Positions 1 to 8,290 are shown, counted from the first letter of the stretch. The stretch is DNA of 16,000 nucleotides from Chthoniobacteraceae bacterium (GCA_039922035.1 JBDSAR010000699.1:1068-17067), one strand, 5' to 3'. The notes: generated from the sequence alone by a model not told the origin. A program made the numbers and translations.

Positions 1-35
1 GCGGCGGGGTCGCTACACTCCGCGCTCAGTTTTCC

Positions 36-908
36 ATGAAATCACTCCTATCTGTGCTGGCAGTCATCTGGCTTGGCCTCTCGCATCTGGTCGCTCAGAA
101 CCCGGCTGGTCAGCGTCCGCCCGGTGCGGTTCCGGCCGCGGAAGGCGCGGTTTCGCGGCTCCCGGCTGGCGAAGCGGCGAAGTCCGCGAAGCCCGGCGCG
201 GGCTACGTCCCGGCGGTGCAGCCGGTGAAGGAGGAGATGACGCTGCTGAAGCTCGTGCAGTCCGGCGGGTGGGCGATGATTCCGCTCGGCGTGATGAGCG
301 TGCTGACGGTGATGCTCGTGCTCGTCTTCATGGCGACGCTGCGGCGCTCAGCCATCCTCACGCCGCACTACATGAACACGGCGGATGTGCTTTTGAAAAA
401 GCGCGACTACCTCGGACTGCTGGCGATCTCGAGCCGGCACAGCGAGGCGGTGGCGCGCGTGGTGCAGCGGACGCTTGATTTTGCGACGAAGAACCCGAGC
501 GCGAATTTCGACGTGGTGAAGAGCATCGCCGAGAGCGAGGCGAGCGCGCAGGCGGCTTCGTTCCAGCATCGCGTGACGTATCTCGCGGACATTGGGACGC
601 TGTCGCCGATGGTCGGGCTGCTCGGAACGGTGGTGGGCATCGTGAAAAGTTTCGGCGGTCTCGGGCGCGGACTCGTCGGCCAGAATCGCGACTGGGCGCT
701 GGCGAGCGGTGTCTCCGAGGCGCTCGTGGCGACGGGCGTGGGTCTCGTGATCGGCGTCACGGCATTCGTCTTTTACGCGCTTTTCCGGAACAAGGTGCAG
801 CGGCTCATCTCGGATCTCGAGGTGGCGGGCTCGCATGTGGTCGGTCTCATCGCGCTGAACTACAAGCGCCGCGAGCCTTCGCGCGCGGCGATGGATGAGG
901 ACCTTTAA
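36..908 (+). CDS. MotA/TolQ/ExbB-family proton channel protein, with N-terminal signal peptide and Pro/Ala-rich extension
   Basis: 290-aa ORF. The N-terminus MKSLLSVLAVIWLGLSHLVAQ looks like a signal peptide. It is followed by TM1 (WAMIPLGVMSVLTVMLVLVF) and the family-typical C-terminal pair of helices (LSPMVGLLGTVVGIV ... SEALVATGVGLVIGVTAFVFYALFRNKVQRL). An ExbD-type gene follows 12 nt downstream. ExbB versus TolQ cannot be decided from sequence alone. Confidence 0.9.
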   Translation: MKSLLSVLAVIWLGLSHLVAQNPAGQRPPGAVPAAEGAVSRLPAGEAAKSAKPGAGYVPAVQPVKEEMTLLKLVQSGGWAMIPLGVMSVLTVMLVLVFMATLRRSAILTPHYMNTADVLLKKRDYLGLLAISSRHSEAVARVVQRTLDFATKNPSANFDVVKSIAESEASAQAASFQHRVTYLADIGTLSPMVGLLGTVVGIVKSFGGLGRGLVGQNRDWALASGVSEALVATGVGLVIGVTAFVFYALFRNKVQRLISDLEVAGSHVVGLIALNYKRREPSRAAMDEDL

Positions 909-920
909 CCGCGCGCACCG

Positions 921-1337
921 ATGAAACTCCGCAGGCGAGCAGAGCCGCTGGTGATGGGATTCCAGATCGCCCCGATGGTGGACGTTCTGCTGGTGTTGCT
1001 GTGTTTCTTCATCCTCACATGGAATTTCGCGCGCAAGGAAATGGAACTCGATGTGAAGGTCCCGACCGCGGAGAACGGCGGCGAGCCGTCGCTCGATGTG
1101 AACCAGACAGTGCTCAATCTGAAGGCGGATGGGACGATGGTGATGAACACGAAGCCGATCACTTTCGAGGATCTCGGAACAAGGATGGCGGAACTCGCGG
1201 CGATCAATCCCGACTACGCGATCATCCTGCGTGGCGATGAGAATGTGGCTTACAAATATGTCGCGCGTGTCCTCGACGTCTGCCGCGGCGCAGGCATCTG
1301 GAATGTCGCGTTCCCGGTGAGCAAGCCACAGCCATGA
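921..1337 (+). CDS. ExbD/TolR-family biopolymer transport protein
   Basis: 138-aa ORF. The N-terminal motif FQIAPMVDVLLVLLCFFILT is the typical ExbD/TolR single TM with conserved Asp. The periplasmic domain ends in AIILRGDENVAYKYVARVLDVCRGAGI, which is family-typical. It lies immediately after the ExbB-like gene. Confidence 0.9.
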   Translation: MKLRRRAEPLVMGFQIAPMVDVLLVLLCFFILTWNFARKEMELDVKVPTAENGGEPSLDVNQTVLNLKADGTMVMNTKPITFEDLGTRMAELAAINPDYAIILRGDENVAYKYVARVLDVCRGAGIWNVAFPVSKPQP

Positions 1338-3970
1338 GGCGTCGCATCCCATTCATGCTGCCAGTGGCGATGCTGGCTGCGCTCGCAATTTCATCGCGTG
1401 GCCAGAACGATTTGCTAAAGCCCTTCCGTCCCGGCACCCCCGGTGCGGATGAGCCCGCCCGCGCGGTACCGCTGAAGCCTTTTCGCACCGGCCCCCAGCC
1501 GGATGCACCGGCACCAGAGCCTGCCGAGCCGGAGATTCCAAAGGCGAGACCGGTGAGGAAGCCGACACCGGCGTCGGCTGGGGAAACGCCAGCAGTCCCG
1601 CATCTGCCGCCTGCGCCGACGCCACGACCGCCGAAGCCGATGGCCGAGGGCGGAGCACGCCAGCCGTCAGCGGAATTGCCGGAGCCGGCTGACATCGTCG
1701 TGGGCCGCGGCGGTGCGCCGACGACCGCCGATCAGGTGCAGATGCAGTATGCGGACGGCTTCTACACAAGGAAACTGCTGCGCGATGCGGCGGCGGAATA
1801 TGAGCGGTACCTCGATCAGTTTCCGAAGGCCCCGGCGCTCGATCGCCAGGCAGTGTACTACCGGCTCGCCGAATGCTACCGGCAGACGGGCGCGGTCAAC
1901 AACGCGAAGGCAAACTATGAGGCTTTGCTCGCAAATTTCACCGGCGGCGAATTCCTCGGCTACGCGGCGTATCGGCTGGCCTCGATGCAGTACGAGGAGA
2001 AAAATTACCGCGACGCGCTGCAGTCCTACCGCCGCGCCTCGGTGCGGCTCACGCAGCCGGTGCTGATCCATGCGTCGCGCTTTTTCGTGGGACGCTGCCT
2101 GGAGGCGATCTCGCAGCGGGCGGAGGCACGGCAGCAGTACGAGGATCTTGCGAAGATCGTGGAGAACAATCCGTTCCGTGATGCGAGCCGTCTTTCTGCG
2201 GGCCGGATTTATGCAGAGGCCGGGCTTCGGGAGCAGGCGCTGAAGTGGCTGCTCCCGCTCGCGGAGGAGACGACGAACGGGCAGATCAAGGCCGACGCGC
2301 TGGCGCGCTCGGGACTTCTGCAGGTGGATCTCGGGCGTCCCGACGAGGCGGCAAAGACATTCGATGCGGCGCTGGCGCTGCCGGAGATCGCGTCGTGGCG
2401 GGACACGATCGCCGTGGCGGGTTTCCGCATCCTATACGACAAGAAGGACTACAAGGGCGTGCTCGAGCGGTATCAGGCCGGCGGCGCAGGCAGCGGGGTG
2501 AAGCTCGAGAGCAAGCTGAATGTCCTCGTGGTCGTGGCGGATTCGCAGCGGGAGCTCGGCATGCAGGAGGAGGCGATGGCGACCTACGCGCAAATCATCC
2601 ACGATTTTCCCGCCACGGCTCAGTCGCGCGAGGCCGGCTACGCACGGCTGCGGATGCTGTACGACGCGGGGGACGAGCGGCTCCTGAAGGAGGTCAACGA
2701 GTTCCTGACCAGCAACCCCACTGCGCCGCAGGTGGATCGCGTTTCGCTGATGAAGGCGGAGGCGCTTTTCAAGGCGGGCGACTTCGAGCACGCGGCGCCC
2801 ATCTACCAGATCGTCACCGGCAAGACGAAGACCCTGCCGGGGGACTACAAGGCCGAGGCCACTTTCAAGCTGGGCTGGTGCTGGATGCAACTCGGGCAGT
2901 TCGACAAGGCGGTGGAGACGTTCACGATCTTCCTGCGCGATTTTTCGACGCACGCCAAGGCCCCGACCGCGCTCGCCCAACGCGGTTCTGCGCAGATGCA
3001 GCTCCGGCAGTATGCGGCGGCGCAGACGGATTTTGCGGAGCTGGTGTCGCGCTACCCGAAGGCAAAAGATCGCGAGTTCGGGCTGGAGAATCTCGCGCTG
3101 ATCTACGGGCAGCTCAGCGACCAGGCGCACATGGCGGAGACCTTCGAGACGCTGCTCAAGGAATTCCCCCAGACGGCTGCGCGCCCGAAGGCGAACTACT
3201 GGATCGGCCGCACCGAATTCGAGAGGAAGAACTACAGGAAGGCCGCGCCGTTCCTCGACGAGGCGCGCAAGCTGGACAAGGAGCAGTATTTCGAACGCAG
3301 CTCGCTCGCCCTCATGGTGTGCCTCTATAATCTGGAGGAAGTGGACGCGACGGAAAAGGAGATCGAGTTCTATCGGAAAAATGGCGGAAAGGCTTCGACG
3401 CCGAGCGACGTTATTCGATGGCTCGGTCAGAAATCATATGAGCGCGGTCAGTACGACCGGATGGAAAAATTCATGCCCGAGCTGGTGCAGCGCAAGGAAG
3501 CCGTGGGCGACGATTACCTCCTGCTTGCGCGCGGCCGTGCCAAGGGAGGAAAATTCAAGGAAGCCGTGGAAAGCTTCGACAGCTATCTGGCCTCGGCGAA
3601 GGATTCCGGGCAGCGCGTCGCCGGTATGATCGAAAAGGCGGACGCGCAGATCGGCATGCGGGATTGGAACGGCGCGGACAAGACACTGAAGGAGGGGCTG
3701 ACTCTCGCGACCGAAGGCCGCTACAACGGCGAGCTGCGCCTGCGTGCCGGCGACATCGAGGCCGGTCGGGGCGACATGAAAAAGGCGCTGCAGATTTACG
3801 AGACGATCCCGGTCACACTCGAAGACGAGGAAGTGAGTCCGCGCGCCTTGGAGCGCGCGCTGGAGATTCACACGAAGCTTGGCAACTCCACCGATGTGAA
3901 ACGCCTCGAGAACCAGCTCCGCAGCAAGTATCCCGAGTATCTTCAGAAGAAGCGCGGATCGAAACCGTAG
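1334..3970 (+). CDS. Large exported or anchored protein with a proline-rich spacer and an extended TPR-like repeat array (CpoB/YbgF-style TPRs)
   Basis: 878-aa ORF. Its ATG overlaps the exbD-like stop (ATGA at 1334-1337). It has a hydrophobic N-terminus (MRRRIPFMLPVAMLAALAISS) and a Pro-rich tract of about 100 aa (PQPDAPAPEPAEPEIPKARPVRKPTPA...PHLPPAPTPRPPKP). About 750 aa of repeated A/Y/L-patterned helical hairpins follow (e.g. AAAEYERYLDQFPKAPALDRQAVYYRLAECYRQTG). GC3-rich codon usage matches the neighbours. Confidence 0.85.
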   Translation: MRRRIPFMLPVAMLAALAISSRGQNDLLKPFRPGTPGADEPARAVPLKPFRTGPQPDAPAPEPAEPEIPKARPVRKPTPASAGETPAVPHLPPAPTPRPPKPMAEGGARQPSAELPEPADIVVGRGGAPTTADQVQMQYADGFYTRKLLRDAAAEYERYLDQFPKAPALDRQAVYYRLAECYRQTGAVNNAKANYEALLANFTGGEFLGYAAYRLASMQYEEKNYRDALQSYRRASVRLTQPVLIHASRFFVGRCLEAISQRAEARQQYEDLAKIVENNPFRDASRLSAGRIYAEAGLREQALKWLLPLAEETTNGQIKADALARSGLLQVDLGRPDEAAKTFDAALALPEIASWRDTIAVAGFRILYDKKDYKGVLERYQAGGAGSGVKLESKLNVLVVVADSQRELGMQEEAMATYAQIIHDFPATAQSREAGYARLRMLYDAGDERLLKEVNEFLTSNPTAPQVDRVSLMKAEALFKAGDFEHAAPIYQIVTGKTKTLPGDYKAEATFKLGWCWMQLGQFDKAVETFTIFLRDFSTHAKAPTALAQRGSAQMQLRQYAAAQTDFAELVSRYPKAKDREFGLENLALIYGQLSDQAHMAETFETLLKEFPQTAARPKANYWIGRTEFERKNYRKAAPFLDEARKLDKEQYFERSSLALMVCLYNLEEVDATEKEIEFYRKNGGKASTPSDVIRWLGQKSYERGQYDRMEKFMPELVQRKEAVGDDYLLLARGRAKGGKFKEAVESFDSYLASAKDSGQRVAGMIEKADAQIGMRDWNGADKTLKEGLTLATEGRYNGELRLRAGDIEAGRGDMKKALQIYETIPVTLEDEEVSPRALERALEIHTKLGNSTDVKRLENQLRSKYPEYLQKKRGSKP

Positions 3971-4007
3971 GCGGTGCGGTGGGTGATGGGAGTGGCCTGT
4001 GCGGTGG

Positions 4008-4025
4008 GTTCGGAGAGCTCCGAAC
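4008..4025 (+). terminator. Short GC hairpin after the TPR gene (possible weak terminator)
   Basis: gttcggag-ag-ctccgaac is an 8-nt inverted repeat around a SacI-like centre, 38 nt after the stop at 3970. AT-rich sequence with a TTTT run follows. The loop is very tight, so the effective stem is shorter. Confidence 0.25.
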
Positions 4026-4049
4026 TATAATTACTATAGATTTTATAAC
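4026..4049 (+). promoter_or_regulatory. AT-rich promoter-like island upstream of the VOC-like gene
   Basis: Exact TATAAT at 4026-4031 and TATAAC at 4044-4049 lie within ctataattactatagattttataacttt. This is the only strongly AT-rich patch in an otherwise GC-rich region, 19-42 nt upstream of the ATG at 4068. I found no convincing -35 box. Confidence 0.35.
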
Positions 4050-4067
4050 TTTGGCATACGCCTCGCT

Positions 4068-4490
4068 ATGTCATCCGCCATGATAAGTCTCTCTCGCCAC
4101 ACAGCGGAAATGGAAACCGAACGCGACACGGCAACTGCCAGCGCAGTGGTCGCCCAGCCGAAGTGCTATGGCATCACGATTTTCACGCTTCAATACAACG
4201 CGGTGCGTGATTTCTACGTGGACCTGCTGAATGCCCGAGTAATCCAGGAAAAATTCGGCCACTTCTGCAACATGGATCTGGCGGGCATCCCGATCTGTCT
4301 CCGCCCGGCGGAGAATAGCGAGATGGTGAGCTACTTTCACCTGAATCTCGTGCTGCGGCGCCAGGATTCGCTGCTCGCGGAACTGCGGCGGCTCGGGATC
4401 ATCGTCACGACGGTGGGGCCGTTCACCAATTTCCGGGATCCCGAAGGCCGGGTCGTCAAACTTTCCGAAGAGCAGCTTTCGATGAGATGA
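4068..4490 (+). CDS. Small VOC (glyoxalase/bleomycin-resistance/dioxygenase-like) family protein
   Basis: The track ORF 3999-4490 begins inside the AT-rich island. The first plausible ATG is 4068; alternatives are 4080 and 4110. The pattern GITIFTL..AVRDFYVDLL......FCNMDLAGIPICLRP......YFHLNLV..RQDSLLAELRRLGI.......FTNFRDPEGRVVKLSE matches the beta-alpha-beta-beta-beta VOC fold signature (FY..LG ... F.DPdG..hEl). The family call is by eye only. Confidence 0.55.
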   Translation: MSSAMISLSRHTAEMETERDTATASAVVAQPKCYGITIFTLQYNAVRDFYVDLLNARVIQEKFGHFCNMDLAGIPICLRPAENSEMVSYFHLNLVLRRQDSLLAELRRLGIIVTTVGPFTNFRDPEGRVVKLSEEQLSMR

Positions 4491-4499
4491 TTTCCAAAG

Positions 4500-4544
4500 C
4501 GGGGCGGGTGGGCTTGGTTGGGCTACCGTGGCCTGCCCGCCCCG
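4500..4544. terminator. GC-rich hairpin between convergent genes (candidate bidirectional terminator)
   Basis: cggggcgggtgggc (4500-4513) pairs with gcctgcccgccccg (4531-4544). On the plus-strand RNA this gives 9 Watson-Crick bp, 2 G-U wobbles and 3 more bp, around a 17-nt loop. It starts 10 nt after the VOC stop, and its right arm lies in the last codons of fdhD. There is no clear U-tract. Confidence 0.4.
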
Positions 4545-5341
4545 TGAAGTCTCTCGATCCCGGCATAGACATTCATCGTCGTGCCGCGGACGAATGCGAC
4601 GAGCGTCTGGCCGCCGCGCACCGCGAGATCGATCGCGAGCGATGACGGTGCGCCGATCGCGGCGACCACGGGCACGCCGGCCGCGAGCGCCTTTTGCATC
4701 ATCTCAAAGGACACGCGTCCGCTGAGAAAAATGACGTGCTGCGAGAGCGGGAGAAGGCCGTCGAGGAGCGCCCGGCCGAGGAGTTTGTCGAGTGCGTTGT
4801 GCCGGCCCACGTCCTCGCGGAGCGCGAGCAGTTTTCCCTCCCCGTCGAAGAGACCGCACGCATGCACACCGCCGGTGCGGCGGAAGGCGCGCTGATCTGC
4901 CGAGAGCAGCGCTGGCATTTCGGAGAGAAGGTTCGCGCCGAAGCGAAAAGGCGATGTCACTTTTGCAAAATCGCGCAACACCTGATCCACGGTCGCCGCG
5001 CCGCAGAGCCCGCAACTTGCATTCGAGACGAGGCTGCGCCGGTGGCGTGCCGCGTCGAAGCGTGAGGAATCGCGCAGCATCACATCCACCATCGCGGCGC
5101 GCTGCCCTTCGCCACCGGGTCTCGTGACGATGTCCGCGATGTCGGCTGTGGACTTCGCGATGCCCTCGCTGAGGAGCCAGCCTGCGGCGAGTTCCTCATC
5201 CTGCCCCGGCGTGCGCATCGCGATGGCGAGCGGCGCGCCTTCGATCCGGATCTCCAGCGGCTCCTCGAGAACGACCTCGTCGGTGATGGGCTCCGGTGCG
5301 GTGCCGTCCACGAGTCGGTGAATGGTGACTTCGCGTATCAT
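4523..5341 (-). CDS. fdhD: Formate dehydrogenase accessory sulfurtransferase FdhD
   Basis: Strong family resemblance along the full length: PLEIRIEG.PLAIAMRTPGQDEELAAGWLLSEGI, the catalytic Cys loop SNASCGLCG, GGVHACGLF, EDVGRHNALDKLLG, and LSGRVSFEMMQKALAAGVPVVAAIGAPSSLAIDLA. The track start at 5362 is a TTG. I prefer the ATG at 5341 (MIREVTI...). Confidence 0.9.
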   Translation of the reverse strand: MIREVTIHRLVDGTAPEPITDEVVLEEPLEIRIEGAPLAIAMRTPGQDEELAAGWLLSEGIAKSTADIADIVTRPGGEGQRAAMVDVMLRDSSRFDAARHRRSLVSNASCGLCGAATVDQVLRDFAKVTSPFRFGANLLSEMPALLSADQRAFRRTGGVHACGLFDGEGKLLALREDVGRHNALDKLLGRALLDGLLPLSQHVIFLSGRVSFEMMQKALAAGVPVVAAIGAPSSLAIDLAVRGGQTLVAFVRGTTMNVYAGIERLHGAGRPR

Positions 5342-5386
5342 GCCGTGGCCATTCTGCCTCAACGCGCTCCGCGCACAAGTGCCCTG

Positions 5387-7429
5387 CTAGTTCGAGTCGT
5401 CGGGATCCGCGTGCCGACGCCGCCTGCGCGGTGCGTCGGAGTCCATTTCCTCGTCGGAATCCTCATCGCTGCGCTTCTTTTTCGTGCTGCTCTTTTTCTC
5501 CTCCTTCGGCTCCGCCTTCAGGATTTCCTTGAGCACGCGGCCTGCGATCGGTGCGGCGTAGGTGCCGCCATGCACGTCGTTGTCGCGCGCCTTTCCCTCG
5601 TAGAGCACGGCGAATGCATACTGCGGTTTTTCGAGCGGCGCGAAGCCGACGAACCATGCGGCGACCTTCTCTTTTTTCCCGTGGCCCCACTGCGCGGTGC
5701 CCGTCTTGCCCACGACCTTGAAACCGGGGACGCCTGCGCGCCCCGCGGTCCCGCCGCGGCTGCTGACCACCCCGTCCAAGCCCGCGCGGAGCGCTTTCAT
5801 CGTGTCGGTATGGATGTCAATCTTGCTCCTCACGCGCGCGTCGTAGCCGAACGTGACGCGCCCGTCGAGATCCTGCACCTGGAGGACGAGGCGCGTCTGG
5901 AAGACGGTCCCTCCGTTTGCGATGGTGCCCATGGCGGAGGCCATCTGCACAGGCGTCACCAAAGTATCGCCCTGGCCGATGCTCATGTTTGCCACGTCAC
6001 CGGGCATCAGTTGCCGCTTGTAATGCTTTTGCATGTAGTCGGGCGTCATCATGTTCCCGGTTTCCTCGGAGGCGAGCGGGATGCCCGTCTTCGCCCCGAG
6101 CCCGAGGCGGCTTGCGTAATCGAGGATCGGCAGGGGTCCGGACCTCCGGCCCATCTCATAGAAATACGTGTTGCAGGACTGGATGAGCGCCTCCCGGAAA
6201 TTGAGCGGGCCGACGTCGCTCTTTTTCCAATTGTGAAACTTGATCCCGCCGATGGTCACGACCGCCTGGCCGCCGAATTCATCGCGCGGATCCACCTTGC
6301 CCTCGTTCATCGCGGCGAGGCCGGTGACGATTTTGAAAATCGAGCCCGGCGGATATGCCGCGCGAAATGCGCGCGGGAAGAGCGGGTTGAACGGATCCTC
6401 GGTGAGCTTTTTCATCACCTCGGGCGAGACGCTCGGGACGTAGATGTTCGGATCGAAGTCCGGTTCCGAGGCCATCGCGAGGATCTCGCCGCTCTTCGGA
6501 TCCATCACCACCATCGCGCAGGGCCGGCGCGCGGCGATGAGCGCACGTTCGACACTTTGCTGGATCTTCAGATCCAGCGAGAGCACCACATTCTGCCCCG
6601 GCCGCGGCGGGGCCATGATTTTTTCAGACGACTTCTGCCCCTTCGAGTCAAAGGACACGTGCATCACGCCGAGCTTGCCGGTGAGCTGACTGTCGAATGA
6701 TTTCTCAATGCCGTCGCGCCCTTCGAAGTCCGGCCACAGCAGCTCATTGTTCTCGACTTCCCCGGTCGGGAAGCCGCCTCGCCGGCCGACGAAGCCGAGG
6801 ATATGCGAGGCGGTGTGCCCTTGGGGATAGGTGCGCAGGTAAACAGGGATCGCTGTCAGCCCCGGTGCCTGGCTGCGCTTGAGCCGGTCCAGTTCCGTCG
6901 CCTTGAGGTCCTGCGCGATCACCAGCGGGATCACGCTGCGATCCTTGTAGTGTTTCAGCGCCTTTTCGGGATCGATGGCAAGAGGCCGCCCGGTGATTTC
7001 CTGCGCGCGCCGCACGTGCTCCGCGATGAAGCGCGAGGCTTCCTCATCCGAGAACTTCGCCGGCGTGGGAAAAGTGATCGCGAGATTGTGCGCGACCCGC
7101 GTCTGTGCCAGCGGCACGCCGTTCCGGTCAGTGATCTGGCCGCGTGGCGCAGGGATCGCGAAGGTATAGTTGTGCGCGAGCCTCTGCGTCTCCCAGCTTG
7201 GCTGCGGGGAAGAGTCGAGGACGGGCGGCGTGGCGGGCACCGCGGGTTTTTCGGCGGGCACCGGGTTCGGTTCCGGAGCCTCGCCCGCCCCGATGATTTT
7301 GCCTGGGATGGTGGCGGGCTTCGCATTCGGGTAAGCGATCACCACCGGGCGTGGCGGGACGTCCTGCGCATGCGCAGCCGCCGCGGAGATGCACGCACAA
7401 AGAATCAGAGGCAGAGGCCGGCGAACCAT
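5387..7429 (-). CDS. mrdA: Class B penicillin-binding protein, PBP2-like peptidoglycan D,D-transpeptidase
   Basis: All three transpeptidase motifs are present: SxxK (GSIFKIV), SxN (IQSCNTYF) and KTG (GKTGTAQW). A PBP-dimerisation-type region is also present (RGQITDRNGVPLAQ...). I trimmed the track ORF (to 7630) to the ATG at 7429, which directly precedes a hydrophobic anchor or signal (MVRRPLPLILCACISAAAAHA). The longer version would overlap the upstream gene's 3' end. The PBP2 versus FtsI assignment rests on its location outside any dcw-like context and is not certain. Confidence 0.85.
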   Translation of the reverse strand: MVRRPLPLILCACISAAAAHAQDVPPRPVVIAYPNAKPATIPGKIIGAGEAPEPNPVPAEKPAVPATPPVLDSSPQPSWETQRLAHNYTFAIPAPRGQITDRNGVPLAQTRVAHNLAITFPTPAKFSDEEASRFIAEHVRRAQEITGRPLAIDPEKALKHYKDRSVIPLVIAQDLKATELDRLKRSQAPGLTAIPVYLRTYPQGHTASHILGFVGRRGGFPTGEVENNELLWPDFEGRDGIEKSFDSQLTGKLGVMHVSFDSKGQKSSEKIMAPPRPGQNVVLSLDLKIQQSVERALIAARRPCAMVVMDPKSGEILAMASEPDFDPNIYVPSVSPEVMKKLTEDPFNPLFPRAFRAAYPPGSIFKIVTGLAAMNEGKVDPRDEFGGQAVVTIGGIKFHNWKKSDVGPLNFREALIQSCNTYFYEMGRRSGPLPILDYASRLGLGAKTGIPLASEETGNMMTPDYMQKHYKRQLMPGDVANMSIGQGDTLVTPVQMASAMGTIANGGTVFQTRLVLQVQDLDGRVTFGYDARVRSKIDIHTDTMKALRAGLDGVVSSRGGTAGRAGVPGFKVVGKTGTAQWGHGKKEKVAAWFVGFAPLEKPQYAFAVLYEGKARDNDVHGGTYAAPIAGRVLKEILKAEPKEEKKSSTKKKRSDEDSDEEMDSDAPRRRRRHADPDDSN

Positions 7430-7482
7430 CGCGGAAAAAGTATCGGGGAGCGGATTCAGGCTAGGTGTCAAGATGCGGCCGA

Positions 7483-8283
7483 TCATATGCGAAAACGCGG
7501 ATTCTGCGACATGAAATGCATCGGGTTGCCGAACGCCACCGCATCCGCGCGCTCCTCCGTCCACCCGCGCTTGCGCATTTCCAAAATCGTCCGCGGCACC
7601 GCGAGCGGGACGCTGATGCCCCAGTCGCACGCGCTGTTCATCCAGATGCGGTCCGCACCGTAGTTCTCCAAAATATCAATCGCCCGTGCCGGAGTGCATT
7701 TTGATTCCGGATAGAGCGTCATGCCCGCCCACATCCCGGTATCGAGCACCATCTTCACCGTGTGCTCCTCGACATGATCGATGATGACCCGCTCCGGAGC
7801 GATGCGCTTGTCGCTTTTCAGCACATCGAGGATCAGCCGCGTGCCCTTCAGCTTGTCCTCAAGGTGTGGCGTGTGGACGAGGATCATCTGCCCGTGCTTC
7901 GCCGCGAGGTCCACGTGTCGCTCAAGGATCTTCAGCTCATTGCGCGTGTTCTTGTTCAGCCCGATTTCGCCGATGCCGAGCACATTGGGCCGCGCGAGAA
8001 ATTCCGGGATGATCGAGAGCACCTCCTCCGCGAGTTTCATGTCCTCGCTTTCCTTCGGATTGATGCACAGCCAGCAGAAATGCGGCAGCCCGAACTTCGC
8101 CGCACGCTTCGGCTCATAGTCCGTGAGCTGGCAGAAGTAATCGTAAAATCCCTGCACGCCGCTGCGATCGAAGCCCGCCCAGAACGCCGGTTCGCATACC
8201 GCCGCACAGCCCGCCGTGACCATCGCCTGATAGTCGTCCGTCGTCCGCGAAACCATGTGCCCGTGAGGTTCGATGTAGCGCAT
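7483..8283 (-). CDS. TatD-family (amidohydrolase-fold) metal-dependent hydrolase
   Basis: 266 aa counted from the ATG at 8283 (MRYIEPHGHM...). It has an N-terminal HxH metal motif (EPHGH), internal GEIGLN, LVHTPH and IIDHVEE motifs, and a C-terminal ACDWG, in the order expected of TatD-type TIM-barrel hydrolases. The track's 14-aa N-terminal extension would overlap the upstream gene. Confidence 0.8.
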   Translation of the reverse strand: MRYIEPHGHMVSRTTDDYQAMVTAGCAAVCEPAFWAGFDRSGVQGFYDYFCQLTDYEPKRAAKFGLPHFCWLCINPKESEDMKLAEEVLSIIPEFLARPNVLGIGEIGLNKNTRNELKILERHVDLAAKHGQMILVHTPHLEDKLKGTRLILDVLKSDKRIAPERVIIDHVEEHTVKMVLDTGMWAGMTLYPESKCTPARAIDILENYGADRIWMNSACDWGISVPLAVPRTILEMRKRGWTEERADAVAFGNPMHFMSQNPRFRI

Positions 8284-8290
8284 CGCCGTG

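Noticed and set aside
1-39. Possible 3' end of an upstream plus-strand gene (frame 1 open from position 1 to TGA at 37-39, forming an ATGA overlap with the exbB-like start)
   Set aside because: Only 12 codons are visible (AAGSLHSALSFP*). That is too short to distinguish from chance, though it is worth checking once upstream sequence is available.
348-1352. 334-aa minus-strand ORF
   Set aside because: It is antisense to the exbB-like and exbD-like genes. Its composition (R/H/D/E-rich) is typical of a shadow frame.
1334-1720. Calling the 878-aa protein TonB because of its proline-rich region and position after exbBD
   Set aside because: No TonB C-terminal domain-like sequence is visible, and I did not see the SHLS-type His-containing TM motif. 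The rest is TPR. I kept it as a hypothesis in findings, not as an annotation.
2245-3330. 361-aa plus-strand alternate-frame ORF inside the TPR gene, with similar ORFs at 1222-1695, 1353-1769 and 2432-3130
   Set aside because: These are overlapping frames of a clearly coding region. Their products are Arg/Gly/Ala-rich and lack structure-like periodicity.
4523-5341. Formate dehydrogenase or selenocysteine context around fdhD
   Set aside because: No fdh structural gene, in-frame TGA-containing ORF or SECIS-like hairpin is evident nearby. FdhD appears here as an orphan.
5318-6700. 460-aa plus-strand ORF
   Set aside because: It is antisense to the PBP2-like gene, which carries all three transpeptidase motifs. 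The product is R/H/L/A-rich with no domain signature.
7430-7630. N-terminal extensions of track ORFs: PBP to 7630, b562 to 9478, secreted protein to 14833, small protein to 8617, TatD to 8325, fdhD to 5362
   Set aside because: The extensions are low-complexity, overlap neighbouring genes or intergenic hairpins, and in some cases start at non-ATG codons. Internal ATGs sit exactly before signal peptides or conserved N-termini.
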